Of a stretch of DNA of 64,000 bases, positions 53,404 to 63,799 are shown piece after piece; within the stretch, counting starts at the first letter, position 1; each line of letters opens with the position of its first letter. The position numbers and the translations under genes are program-made. The DNA comes from Escherichia phage vB_EcoM-LTH02, in the sequence record PP430346; one strand, 5' to 3'. The notes beneath the pieces were generated by a model. That model saw only the letters and a list, made by a program, of their open reading frames with translations. It did not search any database and was not told the origin of the DNA.

Positions 53404-53609
53404 TTTTGATGTCTCCAATATTCAATGTCAATAAGTTCTTGTGCAATGCTTTTCAGATTGCCTTTCAAGAAAACCTTCTCAGAACCTGAAAGAGATGAAT
53501 TGTCAATTAGCCTGTTCATTCTCTCAAACAACTTCTGCTTACGATTCTTGATAGTCTCCTTTGAAGCACCTTTCATCATCGCTGCATGGGTTCTTCCACG
53601 GTGGCTCAT
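53400..53609 (-). CDS. hypothetical basic protein (69 aa)
   Basis: ORF track; ATG with SD AGGAGGG. Confidence 0.45.
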   Translation of the reverse strand: MSHRGRTHAAMMKGASKETIKNRKQKLFERMNRLIDNSSLSGSEKVFLKGNLKSIAQELIDIEYWRHQK

Positions 53610-53670
53610 AAGCCCTCCTATATAAGATATTGTATAAGGTACTCTTCCATGAGCACCTTGTCAATACTAA

Positions 53671-56370
53671 TTAGTGTACCTCAAGCCAGCTTTTACCAAC
53701 CTTACCAGTACCTGTAACAAGTGTTTCTTTCTTAAGACCTAAGTTCTTAGAAGCTTGTCCATAATACCAGTCAGTAACTGCTTTCACTTCTGCCGTCATA
53801 CTCTCTGGACATTCCCAACTTGTTTCATCGTGATATGCACAGAGCAAACGAGCACCAATAGCTGGTTGACGACCATTTAACTTCATTAAACCTTCGTCAA
53901 TCATACGACGACAAGCGAGGTTAATTGCCTCATTTTGAATCTGAGCCTCTGAACCCATCAAAAGATAGTTCAACAGTTTGTGTGGAGATTTACACCACAA
54001 CCAAGCTCCAGCAACCTTTACAAATCCCCCTTTAGAAATTGCAGCAGTCTTACCAAACACCTCTTCAAGTGCCTTTTTAGTCGCTTTGTAGTCAGCTTCC
54101 AAGTCATCTAACAGCTTCTTAATTTTAGGCAAACGAATAAAGTAAGTCTGTTTAGTCAGTGCACCTTCCTGAGTAGTTGCAGCTTTAATTGTCTTAGCAA
54201 ACTTCTCATCCCCTGCACCGAACAGTAGCGCATAGATACCATTCTTAGCTTTCTTACGACCCTTACTAATCTCATGAAGAAGATTCTCATCCTGAGTAGC
54301 TCGACAAGTCAAGATATCCTGCTCATCATTCAAGCTAAAGTAAATACTGTTCAGTGTGTGTGCATCAGTCCCTGAATAGACAACGTAAAGGTCATTCTCA
54401 GAGTCATAGCGAAGGTACTTATCAATCTCTGGATTGAGGTACTCATCAAAGTGTTTGCAATAATAGCGTCCATCTTCTTGACGAATAAACTCAATCTCTT
54501 CTTTACCTTGCGTAACCGCTTTGGTGAAGTCTTTGTCACCCATAAAGTTACAAAGAAGAACTAGCTGGGCTGAGTTCATGTCTACAGAGACAACGTTAGT
54601 ACCTTCTTCACAAATCCACACTGCCCTCATTGGTTCCCCATAGACAGCAGCACCAGACGGTACGTTTACAATACCATATTGTGTCATACGTCCAGTTGAA
54701 GTACCAAATACCATTGCACCAGCACTAAGGCGACCATCAGGACGAATCTGGTTCAACCAACCTTTTTCATCATCCTTTGAGTTCTCAATAGTTCTACGTC
54801 GGTGCATCAAAGTATAGTATCTCGCAATCTTCTGTCCAAGCTCACCTTCAATCGTATCATAAGATGATTCAGTAAGTTTTGGTGAAGTACGGATTAAGCA
54901 AGGCTCAAGCAAATCTGTGTACTTCTTCACAGACCAGTTATGTTCAATGTACTGGACACCTTCGTGTTCAACATAACTCAAACCACACCGCTCCACCATC
55001 TCATCCCACTTAGGATGTTTTGTAATCATCTTTTTGTTGTCTTTGAAACGACAAACCTTAACAGGACGACCATCTGAGTCTTTCTTATAGTTCCAGTCAT
55101 CTGGAATCCAACCAACTGATTTTAAGTAGTCTTTAACAACTGCTACCTGAGTCATACGAGAAACTTCGAACTCAATTGGTGTATAAGGTGCATCAATCAA
55201 ACCTGTGTAGCGACTTGACTCAAGCTCAAAGTGATTAACAACATGGCTGTTATAGTACTTCACAGTTTTAACTGTTTTTACTGGCTTCCAGTCTTTGCAT
55301 TTCTTACCAATCTTTGCATTCAACTCATTACAAATTGCACGAGCATCCTTCATTGCTACAAAACCTTCCTTGTACTCTTCACCAGTTACAGAGTTGGTTG
55401 GTGTATAGCAATTCCGCTTTTCAATGTTAAAAATCTTTGTAGTTGGCTTACCAAATGGCTTGATTTCATATGTCTGCATCTCACCGTTACGTACCTGTTG
55501 ACGATACTTTGTCTTAGGGTACTTGGTAATTCTCTTCAGCCCATCTGCATGACCGAATGCTTCAACATACTCATTCCAAGCTTTTGCAAACTCTTCTCCA
55601 GTAACTTTACCTTTGGTCTTAATAGTTGGTGGAAGGTGTGGTTCAACTTCCGAAGCAAGCTCATTAGTCAACTTGTCAAGTTCCTTTACATGGAACTCCA
55701 TAAGCTCTTTATCAGCTTTCCAACCATTGATAGCCTGTTGACTCATCCAGAAAGATGTTTCTTTAGCTCGCATGTAGGTTTCATAAGTATCTACGCCACA
55801 CTTCTTTAGCTTGAGATATTCATTATCCAGTGCGCGTTTAGTTTTGGCGTTAATACGGATATCTTCCACAACACGAGTGAAGATTTCTGCATTCCACACA
55901 CCCCAATGTTCAATCTCTGGTTTACGTACACCAACACGAGCACCCCATGCAGCCAAGCCATGAGCACCTTTATAACCTTTTGGAGTTGGTCTATCCATCC
56001 ACTGAACACGGGACTGGATAAGAGAATCCTGAAAGAAATTACTCCACGGCTTACACTTTGGATTATCAAAGTTCCACAAATCAGGTGCAATGTGATTGAA
56101 AACCCACCAGTCATACCCTAGACCATTATGGATGCAAAGCCGTTTTGCCTTTAACGCAAACTCAACACCTTCACGCAAACCACCCTTAATGTACTTGGTA
56201 TACTTGTGACCGAGGATAGGCTCATCTGTAAAGACCCATACAGGTGGCTCTTCATCGTCAGATTTATAGTCTGCGAAAGCCATTACGTGTACTTTAGTGA
56301 ACTCAAGGAGTAAACCATCAGTTTCTGTATCACCAACTAAATGTAAGTTTTTAAAATCTACGTTTTCCAT
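53671..56370 (-). CDS. DNA polymerase, family A (T7 gp5-like) with 3'-5' exonuclease domain
   Basis: Exo I VGDTETDGLL; polymerase motifs GTSTGRMTQ, NGIYALLFGAGDEKF, LCAYHDE resemble T7 TGRATHAFPN, FIYGFLYGAGDEKIG, HDE; start moved to ATG at 56370 with SD GAGGGAG. Confidence 0.9.
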   Translation of the reverse strand: MENVDFKNLHLVGDTETDGLLLEFTKVHVMAFADYKSDDEEPPVWVFTDEPILGHKYTKYIKGGLREGVEFALKAKRLCIHNGLGYDWWVFNHIAPDLWNFDNPKCKPWSNFFQDSLIQSRVQWMDRPTPKGYKGAHGLAAWGARVGVRKPEIEHWGVWNAEIFTRVVEDIRINAKTKRALDNEYLKLKKCGVDTYETYMRAKETSFWMSQQAINGWKADKELMEFHVKELDKLTNELASEVEPHLPPTIKTKGKVTGEEFAKAWNEYVEAFGHADGLKRITKYPKTKYRQQVRNGEMQTYEIKPFGKPTTKIFNIEKRNCYTPTNSVTGEEYKEGFVAMKDARAICNELNAKIGKKCKDWKPVKTVKTVKYYNSHVVNHFELESSRYTGLIDAPYTPIEFEVSRMTQVAVVKDYLKSVGWIPDDWNYKKDSDGRPVKVCRFKDNKKMITKHPKWDEMVERCGLSYVEHEGVQYIEHNWSVKKYTDLLEPCLIRTSPKLTESSYDTIEGELGQKIARYYTLMHRRRTIENSKDDEKGWLNQIRPDGRLSAGAMVFGTSTGRMTQYGIVNVPSGAAVYGEPMRAVWICEEGTNVVSVDMNSAQLVLLCNFMGDKDFTKAVTQGKEEIEFIRQEDGRYYCKHFDEYLNPEIDKYLRYDSENDLYVVYSGTDAHTLNSIYFSLNDEQDILTCRATQDENLLHEISKGRKKAKNGIYALLFGAGDEKFAKTIKAATTQEGALTKQTYFIRLPKIKKLLDDLEADYKATKKALEEVFGKTAAISKGGFVKVAGAWLWCKSPHKLLNYLLMGSEAQIQNEAINLACRRMIDEGLMKLNGRQPAIGARLLCAYHDETSWECPESMTAEVKAVTDWYYGQASKNLGLKKETLVTGTGKVGKSWLEVH

Positions 56371-56430
56371 TTTTACTCCCTCTAAAATCATTAACCTCAT
56401 ACATTACTGCAAAAAATTATAAAAAGCAAG

Positions 56431-56454
56431 TTGACAATGTACTTGACAAGGTGT
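56431..56454 (+). promoter_or_regulatory. conserved tandem-TTGACA motif TTGACAATGTACTTGACAAGGTGT (copy 2)
   Basis: 23 of 24 identical to 14467-14490; at the DNA polymerase (minus) to plus-gene strand switch. Confidence 0.5.
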
Positions 56455-56627
56455 TAATCTTTGCGAAGTGGGTTTTTACTTAAAAGGTTACTTAACAGTT
56501 TAACTATACAGATACTTTAAAACTCTTAAAAGATTATTTAATAGCTTTTAAAAAGCTTTAAAGTATAACGTATAGAATACGTTAAGATAAGAGATTAAAA
56601 CTTAATAGTTACTTAAAAGAGGCTTAC

Positions 56628-57050
56628 ATGCAGAAAATGTTTGTTCACCCAGACATAGCTGACTTTGTTAGAGCTTTGCAGAAGTTGGAAGAACTTGACA
56701 TTGCTGCTCAACGGGAATATGCTCACCATCACAGGAGAATGGTTGATATACAACATGAAATAGAGTTGTCTGAAAACTATGAAGATGACTTAAAATGCTC
56801 TGTGTTTGAGCATATGAAAGATGTTGCTACAGCGAGACGTAAAGCTAAAGACACAGTTGCTTTACTAGATTCTCTTAAAAAGAGGTTGCAAAGTGGTACA
56901 GACCTGTGTAATCTAGCATCACTGATTAATGATGTTGAAACTTCTTGGGATAGACATTACTATCCACGTTCTGAAAAGACACTTGACTTTTCTTCATCCG
57001 AAAACTTAAAATGTTCTAGAAAGAAACTTAACCAACTGAGAGAGAAATAA
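56628..57050 (+). CDS. hypothetical protein (140 aa)
   Basis: ORF track; SD AAGAGG. Confidence 0.5.
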   Translation: MQKMFVHPDIADFVRALQKLEELDIAAQREYAHHHRRMVDIQHEIELSENYEDDLKCSVFEHMKDVATARRKAKDTVALLDSLKKRLQSGTDLCNLASLINDVETSWDRHYYPRSEKTLDFSSSENLKCSRKKLNQLREK

Positions 57051-57051
57051 T

Positions 57052-57864
57052 ATGAACACTACTGTAGACCAGATGCTTGAAGAAAAAGGTATTGATGAAG
57101 CATTCTTAATCAATGCCGTAGAAAGCATGGCTATGATTCTTCGTGGAAACAACTACACAGAACAGTTTATGCCTGCAAGCTATAACCTGCCTAAAGACAA
57201 GTCTGATAATGGTGCTTTTGCAGAACAGGTTAATATGATGCTGTGTGACAAAAAACTTGCTTTAGCATCTATTGTTGTAGGTGTTGATGCTCTTGCAGAG
57301 TTCATTTTTTATGAGATGCAGAAAAATGACTATATTGCCATGACCTCTGAAGAAAAAGACTCGTTACTGCTCTTAGGTTATGATGAGCTAGTTGACCTGT
57401 TAATTTCGTCAACGAGTGCTGTTATGGCTGCTCTTGAGAAGCGCATGGAAGAGAAGTTGTCACGATATGAAAAACTTGATTGGGGTGTAGAAGAGTTAAG
57501 CCCACGAATCAAAGAGATTATCCAGCAAACCAAAGACTCTTTAGCAGAAGCTGTGAAAGATGATTCTGTAGCTGATGTAGAACCACTACAGGTGAAGGTT
57601 GCTTTGATGATTCCAGCTATCTCTACGATGATGAATATCGTTGCACTAATCCAGCTTTCACAGATGATGGGTGCAAGCATTGAGTTCATTGAGAGCATGA
57701 CTGGTGGTGTGAGTATGCAAGCAATCAATGATGTTTTGGTAAGCATCGGTGCTTCAATCATTGAAGAGAAGCTGCGCATTAACTTTGGTGATGATTTTGT
57801 GAAGCAAATCTCAGCTATGGCTGAAAAAGAACACTCACAGATTACCAGTGACCAACTGCACTAA
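57052..57864 (+). CDS. hypothetical protein (270 aa)
   Basis: ORF track; coupled to upstream gene. Confidence 0.5.
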   Translation: MNTTVDQMLEEKGIDEAFLINAVESMAMILRGNNYTEQFMPASYNLPKDKSDNGAFAEQVNMMLCDKKLALASIVVGVDALAEFIFYEMQKNDYIAMTSEEKDSLLLLGYDELVDLLISSTSAVMAALEKRMEEKLSRYEKLDWGVEELSPRIKEIIQQTKDSLAEAVKDDSVADVEPLQVKVALMIPAISTMMNIVALIQLSQMMGASIEFIESMTGGVSMQAINDVLVSIGASIIEEKLRINFGDDFVKQISAMAEKEHSQITSDQLH

Positions 57865-57925
57865 GTCTTTATAAATCTTACAAGCCTCCTTAGTTGGGGG
57901 CTTTTTAGTAATTAAGGGAGATAAA

Positions 57926-58669
57926 ATGAGTAGTATTATCGCATTTACTGGAAAGGCACGTTCTGGAAAAGATACCTCATGCTCTATTGTTAAGAATATT
58001 CTAGAAGATGAGTATGGCTACAATGTTGCAGTAATGGCCTATGCAGACAATCTTAAGCTATCTGCATCAAAGATATTTGACTTGACGTGGAATGACCTGT
58101 ACGGTGAAACTAAAGAGACTCCACAGGTTTTTGATTTATCATACTCTGAACTTATGCCTAAAGTTACAGAAGCTATGGAGTTTACCTTCAGAGATGAACG
58201 TTACCATATGGACTTCAAGCTTATATCAGAGTTAACCGGACGATTAATCATGGAACTTAAGAAGGTAGCTAAACCGACTCTATTGACACGTCTAGGGTTT
58301 AGTAAAAAGTATAAATTCTCGTCAAGGCAAATTCAACAGATTTGGGGTACTGAAGTTATCCGTAAAGTTATGGGTGACAAATTCTGGGCTAAAGACCTTG
58401 AAAAACGAATGGCTCGCTTCTTTGAATCTTGTTCACTTATGAATCAAGAGGGTGTTGTTTTAATCAGTGACTTAAGGTTTGACTCTGAAGCTGAGTGGCT
58501 GAGTAGATTTGCACACCAGACTATTGAAGTAAAAAGAGACAATGTGGACAAGGTTTCATCACATGTTTCAGAAAATGGAATTTCTACCAAATATGCGCGT
58601 GACATTATCCATAATAATGGTACTCTTGCAGACCTTGAAAGTAAGCTAAGAGCTATCCTGAAAATTTAA
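57926..58669 (+). CDS. deoxynucleoside monophosphate kinase (T4 gp1-like)
   Basis: N-terminal P-loop IIAFTGKARSGKDT resembles T4 gp1 LIFLSGVKRSGKDT. Confidence 0.75.
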   Translation: MSSIIAFTGKARSGKDTSCSIVKNILEDEYGYNVAVMAYADNLKLSASKIFDLTWNDLYGETKETPQVFDLSYSELMPKVTEAMEFTFRDERYHMDFKLISELTGRLIMELKKVAKPTLLTRLGFSKKYKFSSRQIQQIWGTEVIRKVMGDKFWAKDLEKRMARFFESCSLMNQEGVVLISDLRFDSEAEWLSRFAHQTIEVKRDNVDKVSSHVSENGISTKYARDIIHNNGTLADLESKLRAILKI

Positions 58670-58677
58670 AAGAGAGA

Positions 58678-58878
58678 ATGAAGATGAGAGTAAAAGATAA
58701 TTTTAAGGTTATTGACCATCGTTTAGTGGAACTCTCATCTCTTTCCAATGAGGTAATGATTGAACGTCTTAAGAGAGTTGAATCACGAAGGAAAGAGATT
58801 GCAGATGAGATTCATGAACTGGACAAGATTGAAAATGGATTGAAGGCAGAACTACAACGAAGAGGTGCTAATGTCTAA
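58678..58878 (+). CDS. hypothetical small coiled-coil protein (66 aa)
   Basis: ORF track. Confidence 0.4.
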   Translation: MKMRVKDNFKVIDHRLVELSSLSNEVMIERLKRVESRRKEIADEIHELDKIENGLKAELQRRGANV

Positions 58879-60856
58879 AGGTCGTAAATTGAAAGAGGCT
58901 GGTCAGTTTATTGGTCATTGTGCATGTCCACGTTGTGGTTCATCAGATGCTGGTTCAATCTACCATCATGACGATGGTTCTTATTCGATGACTTGCTTTA
59001 GCTGTAACAAAGGTTTCCCAGAGTGGGATTTTGATAAAGGACAAATCGTGAGCACTTATTCTACTGGTTCAGATAATAAAAACCGTACTTTCCGTGGAAT
59101 GGATTTAGATGATGTAAAAGAAAACCTAGAAGCAATGGATTTGAAAGACAGGAAGATTCCTGCAAAAGTCCTTGAGCGTTTAGGTATTAAGGTTGACATT
59201 GATAGTGACGGTGAAATTGATGCGCATTTCTATCCAACTTACAAACGTAATGAAGATGGCAAGCTAGAACATGTTGGCTACCGTGTTCGTCACCGTTACC
59301 CAGAAGACCATCCAAAAGAACACCTACGTGGCAAGTTAAAAGACTTTTCAGGTGGTGTTGGGGATATTAAAGGTGAACTGGCAATGTTCGGTTCATGGAT
59401 TGCTCCAGAAGGTGGTAACCGTTTATTCATCTGGGAAGGTGAGATGGAATGTGCTACAGCAATCTACATGACTTCTCTGGCAATTAAAGATAAGTCTCGT
59501 CGTAAGAATTACTGTCACGTATCTGTACCATCAGGTGCAAACATTAAGTCTATCAAAGACAACTATCAGTACATTACATCATTTGACGAGATTTACTTGT
59601 GCTTTGATAATGATGAAGCAGGTGCTAAAGCAACAAAAGAGGCTGCTGGCATCTTACCTATTGAGAAGGTTCGTTTGTTCCAGTATCCAGAAGGTGTAAA
59701 AGACCTTAATGAATGGTGGACAAAGTTCTATAAAGAGAAAGACACAGTTCTGGAAGGATTTAAGCAGCGTATCTACAATGCACCTCGTTACTGCCCTGCT
59801 GGTATCAAGAATTTCGCAGACGGTTTTGAGGCAATGAAGAATCGTGGTCAGATTCCATTGATTCCTTTCCCAGAGTCTTTCGGGGATTTGAACAGGCTGA
59901 CTTATGGTGGTTATGGTTTAGGTGAGATTACAACTATTGCAGCACCATCTTCAGTAGGTAAGTCAGCTTACACTCGTGAGATGATTTATTCAGCTTGGAA
60001 AGAAACTGATTACAATATCGGTGTAATTCCTGTAGAAGACACCTATGAAGAGTTGATGGAGATGCTCTGTGCAATTCACCTAAGCAAGCAGATTTCTGAG
60101 ATTCCTTATGACGAACGTAATTGGGATGAATTAAAGGAAGCACACGCAGAACTATCTAAAGGTCGTCGTATCCACATCGTAGACCATCAAGGGGCAATTG
60201 ACCAAGATAACCTGCTTGAATTTGTTGACTATCTTGTTAACAGTTTAGACTGTAAGATTATTATTCTTGACCCTATTACGTTGGCTCTGTCACGTTCAGA
60301 TACGGATGAAGAGGAAGTTTTGTCTGAACTATTGCGTCGTTGCAAACGCTATCAGTATGCACAGGTTAACGTCTGTCACGTTCGTAAGAGTGCAGGTGGT
60401 CAGAAAGCTAACTCTGAAGGTGGAGATATCTCTGAAGAGGATATTAAGGGTTCTGGTGCATACTTCCAGATTTCCATGAACAACATTCTGTTAATGCGTA
60501 ACAAGGTTGACCCAGACCCTGTTAAGAAAAACTTGACAAAAATCAAGTTAACTAAGTGTCGTCGTCATGGTAAGTCAACAGGTATCGCTGGTCATACTTG
60601 GTACAATCCAGACACAGGACGTCTTATCAAAGCTTCTGGGTGTGGTGTTGACATTGATGGTGCAGCAGAGAATATTCGTCAACAGTTTGGTATTGGTGAA
60701 GCTGAAGACCATTATGATGACTCTTTACCTCATTACGAGGATGAAGTGTTTGACCGTGAGACTGGTGAAGTTTATACTGAAGAACAGCGTCAAAGCTCAA
60801 CGATTCCACCTGTATTAAGTGAGGATGCAGATGACTGCCCATTCGAAACTGAGTGA
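58869..60856 (+). CDS. DNA primase-helicase (T7 gp4-like)
   Basis: N-terminal zinc ribbon CACPRCGSSD...CFSCNKG, TOPRIM-like FDNDEAGAKA, helicase Walker A AAPSSVGKSAYT; start moved from GTG 58865 to ATG 58869 (SD AAGAGGTG). Confidence 0.85.
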
Positions 60857-60953
60857 TAGTTATAAAAGAGAGGGGTTCATACCCTTCTTTGAAGAAAAAA
60901 GTTTAAATGAATTTCAGGAAGAGTGTTTGACAAAGGTTGATAGGTTCTATAGA

Positions 60954-61112
60954 ATGCTCTACATGAAATGTGATGGAGGCGTTGAGGTAGAAGAAAAGTT
61001 CCATCACAGCATAATCACAGTCACTATTACTATACCTAAACATAATATTGGTTGGCTGTTTATAATTAAAGAAAATGTGTTTGAATATCAAGTATATCGG
61101 AGAATATCATGA
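60954..61112 (+). CDS. hypothetical small protein (uncertain start)
   Basis: ORF track 60819..61112 begins at GTG inside the primase gene; first ATG past the primase stop is 60954; stop overlaps next ATG (ATGA). Confidence 0.25.
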   Translation: MLYMKCDGGVEVEEKFHHSIITVTITIPKHNIGWLFIIKENVFEYQVYRRIS

Positions 61113-61258
61113 AACACTCTAAAGCATTTGAACAAGTTTTTGGGGATTCCTTAAAAGCCACTGCTGGTAAACCAGCAAAATACTATGAAGAGAAGCGTGT
61201 AAGAACTGGAAAAACTGCACGTAAAGCAGCTTCTAAAGATAAGCACAACTTCCAGTAA
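61109..61258 (+). CDS. hypothetical small basic protein (49 aa)
   Basis: ATG at 61109 overlapping upstream stop; below track cutoff; translated by eye MKHSKAFEQVFGDSLKATAGKPAKYYEEKRVRTGKTARKAASKDKHNFQ. Confidence 0.35.
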   Translation: MKHSKAFEQVFGDSLKATAGKPAKYYEEKRVRTGKTARKAASKDKHNFQ

Positions 61259-61330
61259 TTAATATTTGACAATAGAGTATCAACAAATTAGAATTGGTAC
61301 TCTTCATAAATTGAGATAGAGGTTTAAATA

Positions 61331-62188
61331 ATGTCTAAAGTTGTTAAAATGAAAGCTCCGGTAGAGAAGTACAATGGTACTGAACGTCAAACTCTGCGTT
61401 ACCTTCTGAAAGATGTCTGGTTTTATTACCTGAACACTTCACCACGTCCGGGAAAAGGTAAATCCATTGATAAGAAATTCCCAGGCAAAGACTGTAACTA
61501 CAGTGTTTCAATTCTGGCAGAAGATGGTAACAAGCTGTTTAAAGAGTTTACTAAGTCTAAGAAAAACCCAGAAGGTTGGGATAAAGTTACTACTGAAGCA
61601 GTTGATGCAGATGACTTCGAAGAGAAGTTTGGTTGCAAACCACCATTTGAAGCAGACACTTACTACATCTTGAAAGTAAGTCGTGCAGCAGCTTATAAAG
61701 ATGGTGCTGTGTGGACAGCTAAACAGTCATTCCCTGTAATGCTGATTGAAGAAGTAAATGGTAAGCGTGTAGCTGTTAAACAGCCGATGAAGAAAATCAA
61801 AGCTCAAGCATCTGACAAACATGAAGATGACAAGAACTATGATGTAATTCATCCAGATATTGCAGTCGGTAATGGTTCTTTTGGTAGTGTGATTCTTTCT
61901 ACTCACTTCTACACTTTTGAGAACAATGTTCTGACAAAACCTATTCAGGAACAGTTTATCATTGATACCCTTGTACCTTACACTGGTGGTAACGGTACTA
62001 ACGGTGAACCTGAACTGGATGAAGACGAACTGGCTATGCTTGGTCTTGATGGTGTTGAAGATAACGGTGAAATCACTGAAGAAGACGCAAAAGACCACAA
62101 ACCTGCTAATGATTCTGATGATGGTGACGATGAAGACTTGCCAGACCCAGATGACGAAGAAGATGAAGACTTCGATACAGAAGACTAA
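61331..62188 (+). CDS. single-stranded DNA-binding protein (putative)
   Basis: Acidic C-terminal tail DDGDDEDLPDPDDEEDEDFDTED with a penultimate aromatic residue, as in phage SSBs; sits in the replication module. Confidence 0.5.
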   Translation: MSKVVKMKAPVEKYNGTERQTLRYLLKDVWFYYLNTSPRPGKGKSIDKKFPGKDCNYSVSILAEDGNKLFKEFTKSKKNPEGWDKVTTEAVDADDFEEKFGCKPPFEADTYYILKVSRAAAYKDGAVWTAKQSFPVMLIEEVNGKRVAVKQPMKKIKAQASDKHEDDKNYDVIHPDIAVGNGSFGSVILSTHFYTFENNVLTKPIQEQFIIDTLVPYTGGNGTNGEPELDEDELAMLGLDGVEDNGEITEEDAKDHKPANDSDDGDDEDLPDPDDEEDEDFDTED

Positions 62189-62250
62189 TCTCTAAAAGTT
62201 ACTTTAAAGCCCTGTACTTAGTATGGGGCTTTTTCATATGGAGAGCCACA

Positions 62251-63291
62251 ATGGAGAAGTATACACTAACAAAACTTCCCGATTCAGTTACACATGTCTT
62301 TATCGACTCTGACAGTATTGCCTATAAAGGTGCTTGTGTAGTTGAGAAAGCAAAATATAAGTATGTCAATAAACTCACAGCAGAAGAATCTGAATCATTT
62401 GATAATGCAAAAGATGCTGCAAGATGGTTAGCAGACCAGAGAATCCTTGTAGAAGAACTTGGCCTAACATTTGATGAAGATGAATGGGAAAGACAGACTT
62501 GGAAAGAAGCTAAGAGTGAAAAAGAAGCTATCATGGCTACTCAGCAGGTTCTTCAGGAATGGCTTAAGGTTGTTGGTAAAGAAAGAACTTGGGTAGGTTA
62601 CTTGACAGAGAAGGGTGTACATAAGCATAAAGACGTTAAAGGTCTTGAACACCAATATCAAGGTAACCGTAAAGATGCTGTCACACCAACGCACTTAGTT
62701 GCTTGTCGTGAATATCTTTTATCCAGACCAGAGTTCAAACTCTTAAAGGGTGGATTCGAAGCTGACTCAATCGTAATTGCTAAAGCTGAAAAGATGGGTA
62801 AGAAAGCTGCTCTTATGAGTATTGACAAAGACCTTCGACAAGCTGAAGGAACCTATTGTATTGATATGACTTATGAAAAATCACCACTAATTTTTATCGC
62901 TGATAATAATGTTGGTGATATCTGGGATTGTCCTATCAAATCAAAACCAAAAGCTGCAAAAACAGTTGGTGTAGGTTTTAAATTCTTGTGTTATCAGGCT
63001 GTTGCTGGAGATAATGCAGACAACTACTTCGGCCTTAAAGGTGCTGGAAAAGTAGCTGTGATGAATGCTTTAGATGGTAAAGAGACCTATAAAGAGTGTC
63101 TTGATGCTATCTATGAACTCTATGCTAAAAAAGAGTCTTACACCTATGTGTCATGGGATGGACAGACTGTCACAAAGACACCATTAGAGCTAATGGAACA
63201 GCATTTCTGGATAGCATATCAAGAGAGAAATCCAAAAGATAATTTCTCTTTTAAGAAATATAATTGGGAGCCGTGTATGAATGAAGATTAA
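62251..63291 (+). CDS. 5'-3' exonuclease / flap endonuclease (FEN-like)
   Basis: N-terminal HVFIDSDSIAYKG, acidic cluster GFEADSIVIAKAEKMGK, H3TH-like FGLKGAGKVAV. Confidence 0.6.
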   Translation: MEKYTLTKLPDSVTHVFIDSDSIAYKGACVVEKAKYKYVNKLTAEESESFDNAKDAARWLADQRILVEELGLTFDEDEWERQTWKEAKSEKEAIMATQQVLQEWLKVVGKERTWVGYLTEKGVHKHKDVKGLEHQYQGNRKDAVTPTHLVACREYLLSRPEFKLLKGGFEADSIVIAKAEKMGKKAALMSIDKDLRQAEGTYCIDMTYEKSPLIFIADNNVGDIWDCPIKSKPKAAKTVGVGFKFLCYQAVAGDNADNYFGLKGAGKVAVMNALDGKETYKECLDAIYELYAKKESYTYVSWDGQTVTKTPLELMEQHFWIAYQERNPKDNFSFKKYNWEPCMNED

Positions 63292-63778
63292 AGGATTTGG
63301 CAATTGTCCTACCTATGGTCATTGGGTATCTTTATGTGGGGAAGTTGACCCCACTAAACATTTTGGTTTTGTCTATTTAGTACACTGTAAGAAAACCGGG
63401 CAATATTATATTGGAAAGAAACAGCTTAATAGCGTGACCAAAAGAAAAGTTGCTGGCAAGACTCGGAAGAAGGTAGTCACTAAGGAGAGTGATTGGATGA
63501 CTTATGAGACTTCTTCTGAGTATATTAAAAAGGATATTGAGAGCTTTGGAAAAGAATTTTTTGACTTTTACATTATCCAAACCTACTACACAAAAGGCGG
63601 TCTAGTTTATGGCGAAGCAAACCTTCAACATAAATTCGATGTCATGACAAAAAGGATTGACTCTAAGCTCAGACTCTTCTACAATGCCAATATTGCAGCA
63701 ATTAAGTTTATTACTAAAGAAACTTATGAAGATGCTGAAAAAAGAATCCATAAGGTAATGAAAGCAAGCTGTGCTTGA
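63281..63778 (+). CDS. GIY-YIG endonuclease-like protein (candidate homing endonuclease)
   Basis: FGFVYLVHCKKTGQYYIGKK fits GIY-x(9-11)-YIG; ATG overlaps the last 11 nt of the exonuclease gene. Confidence 0.55.
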   Translation: MKIKGFGNCPTYGHWVSLCGEVDPTKHFGFVYLVHCKKTGQYYIGKKQLNSVTKRKVAGKTRKKVVTKESDWMTYETSSEYIKKDIESFGKEFFDFYIIQTYYTKGGLVYGEANLQHKFDVMTKRIDSKLRLFYNANIAAIKFITKETYEDAEKRIHKVMKASCA

Positions 63779-63799
63779 TAACTATTGAGAGAGAATAAA

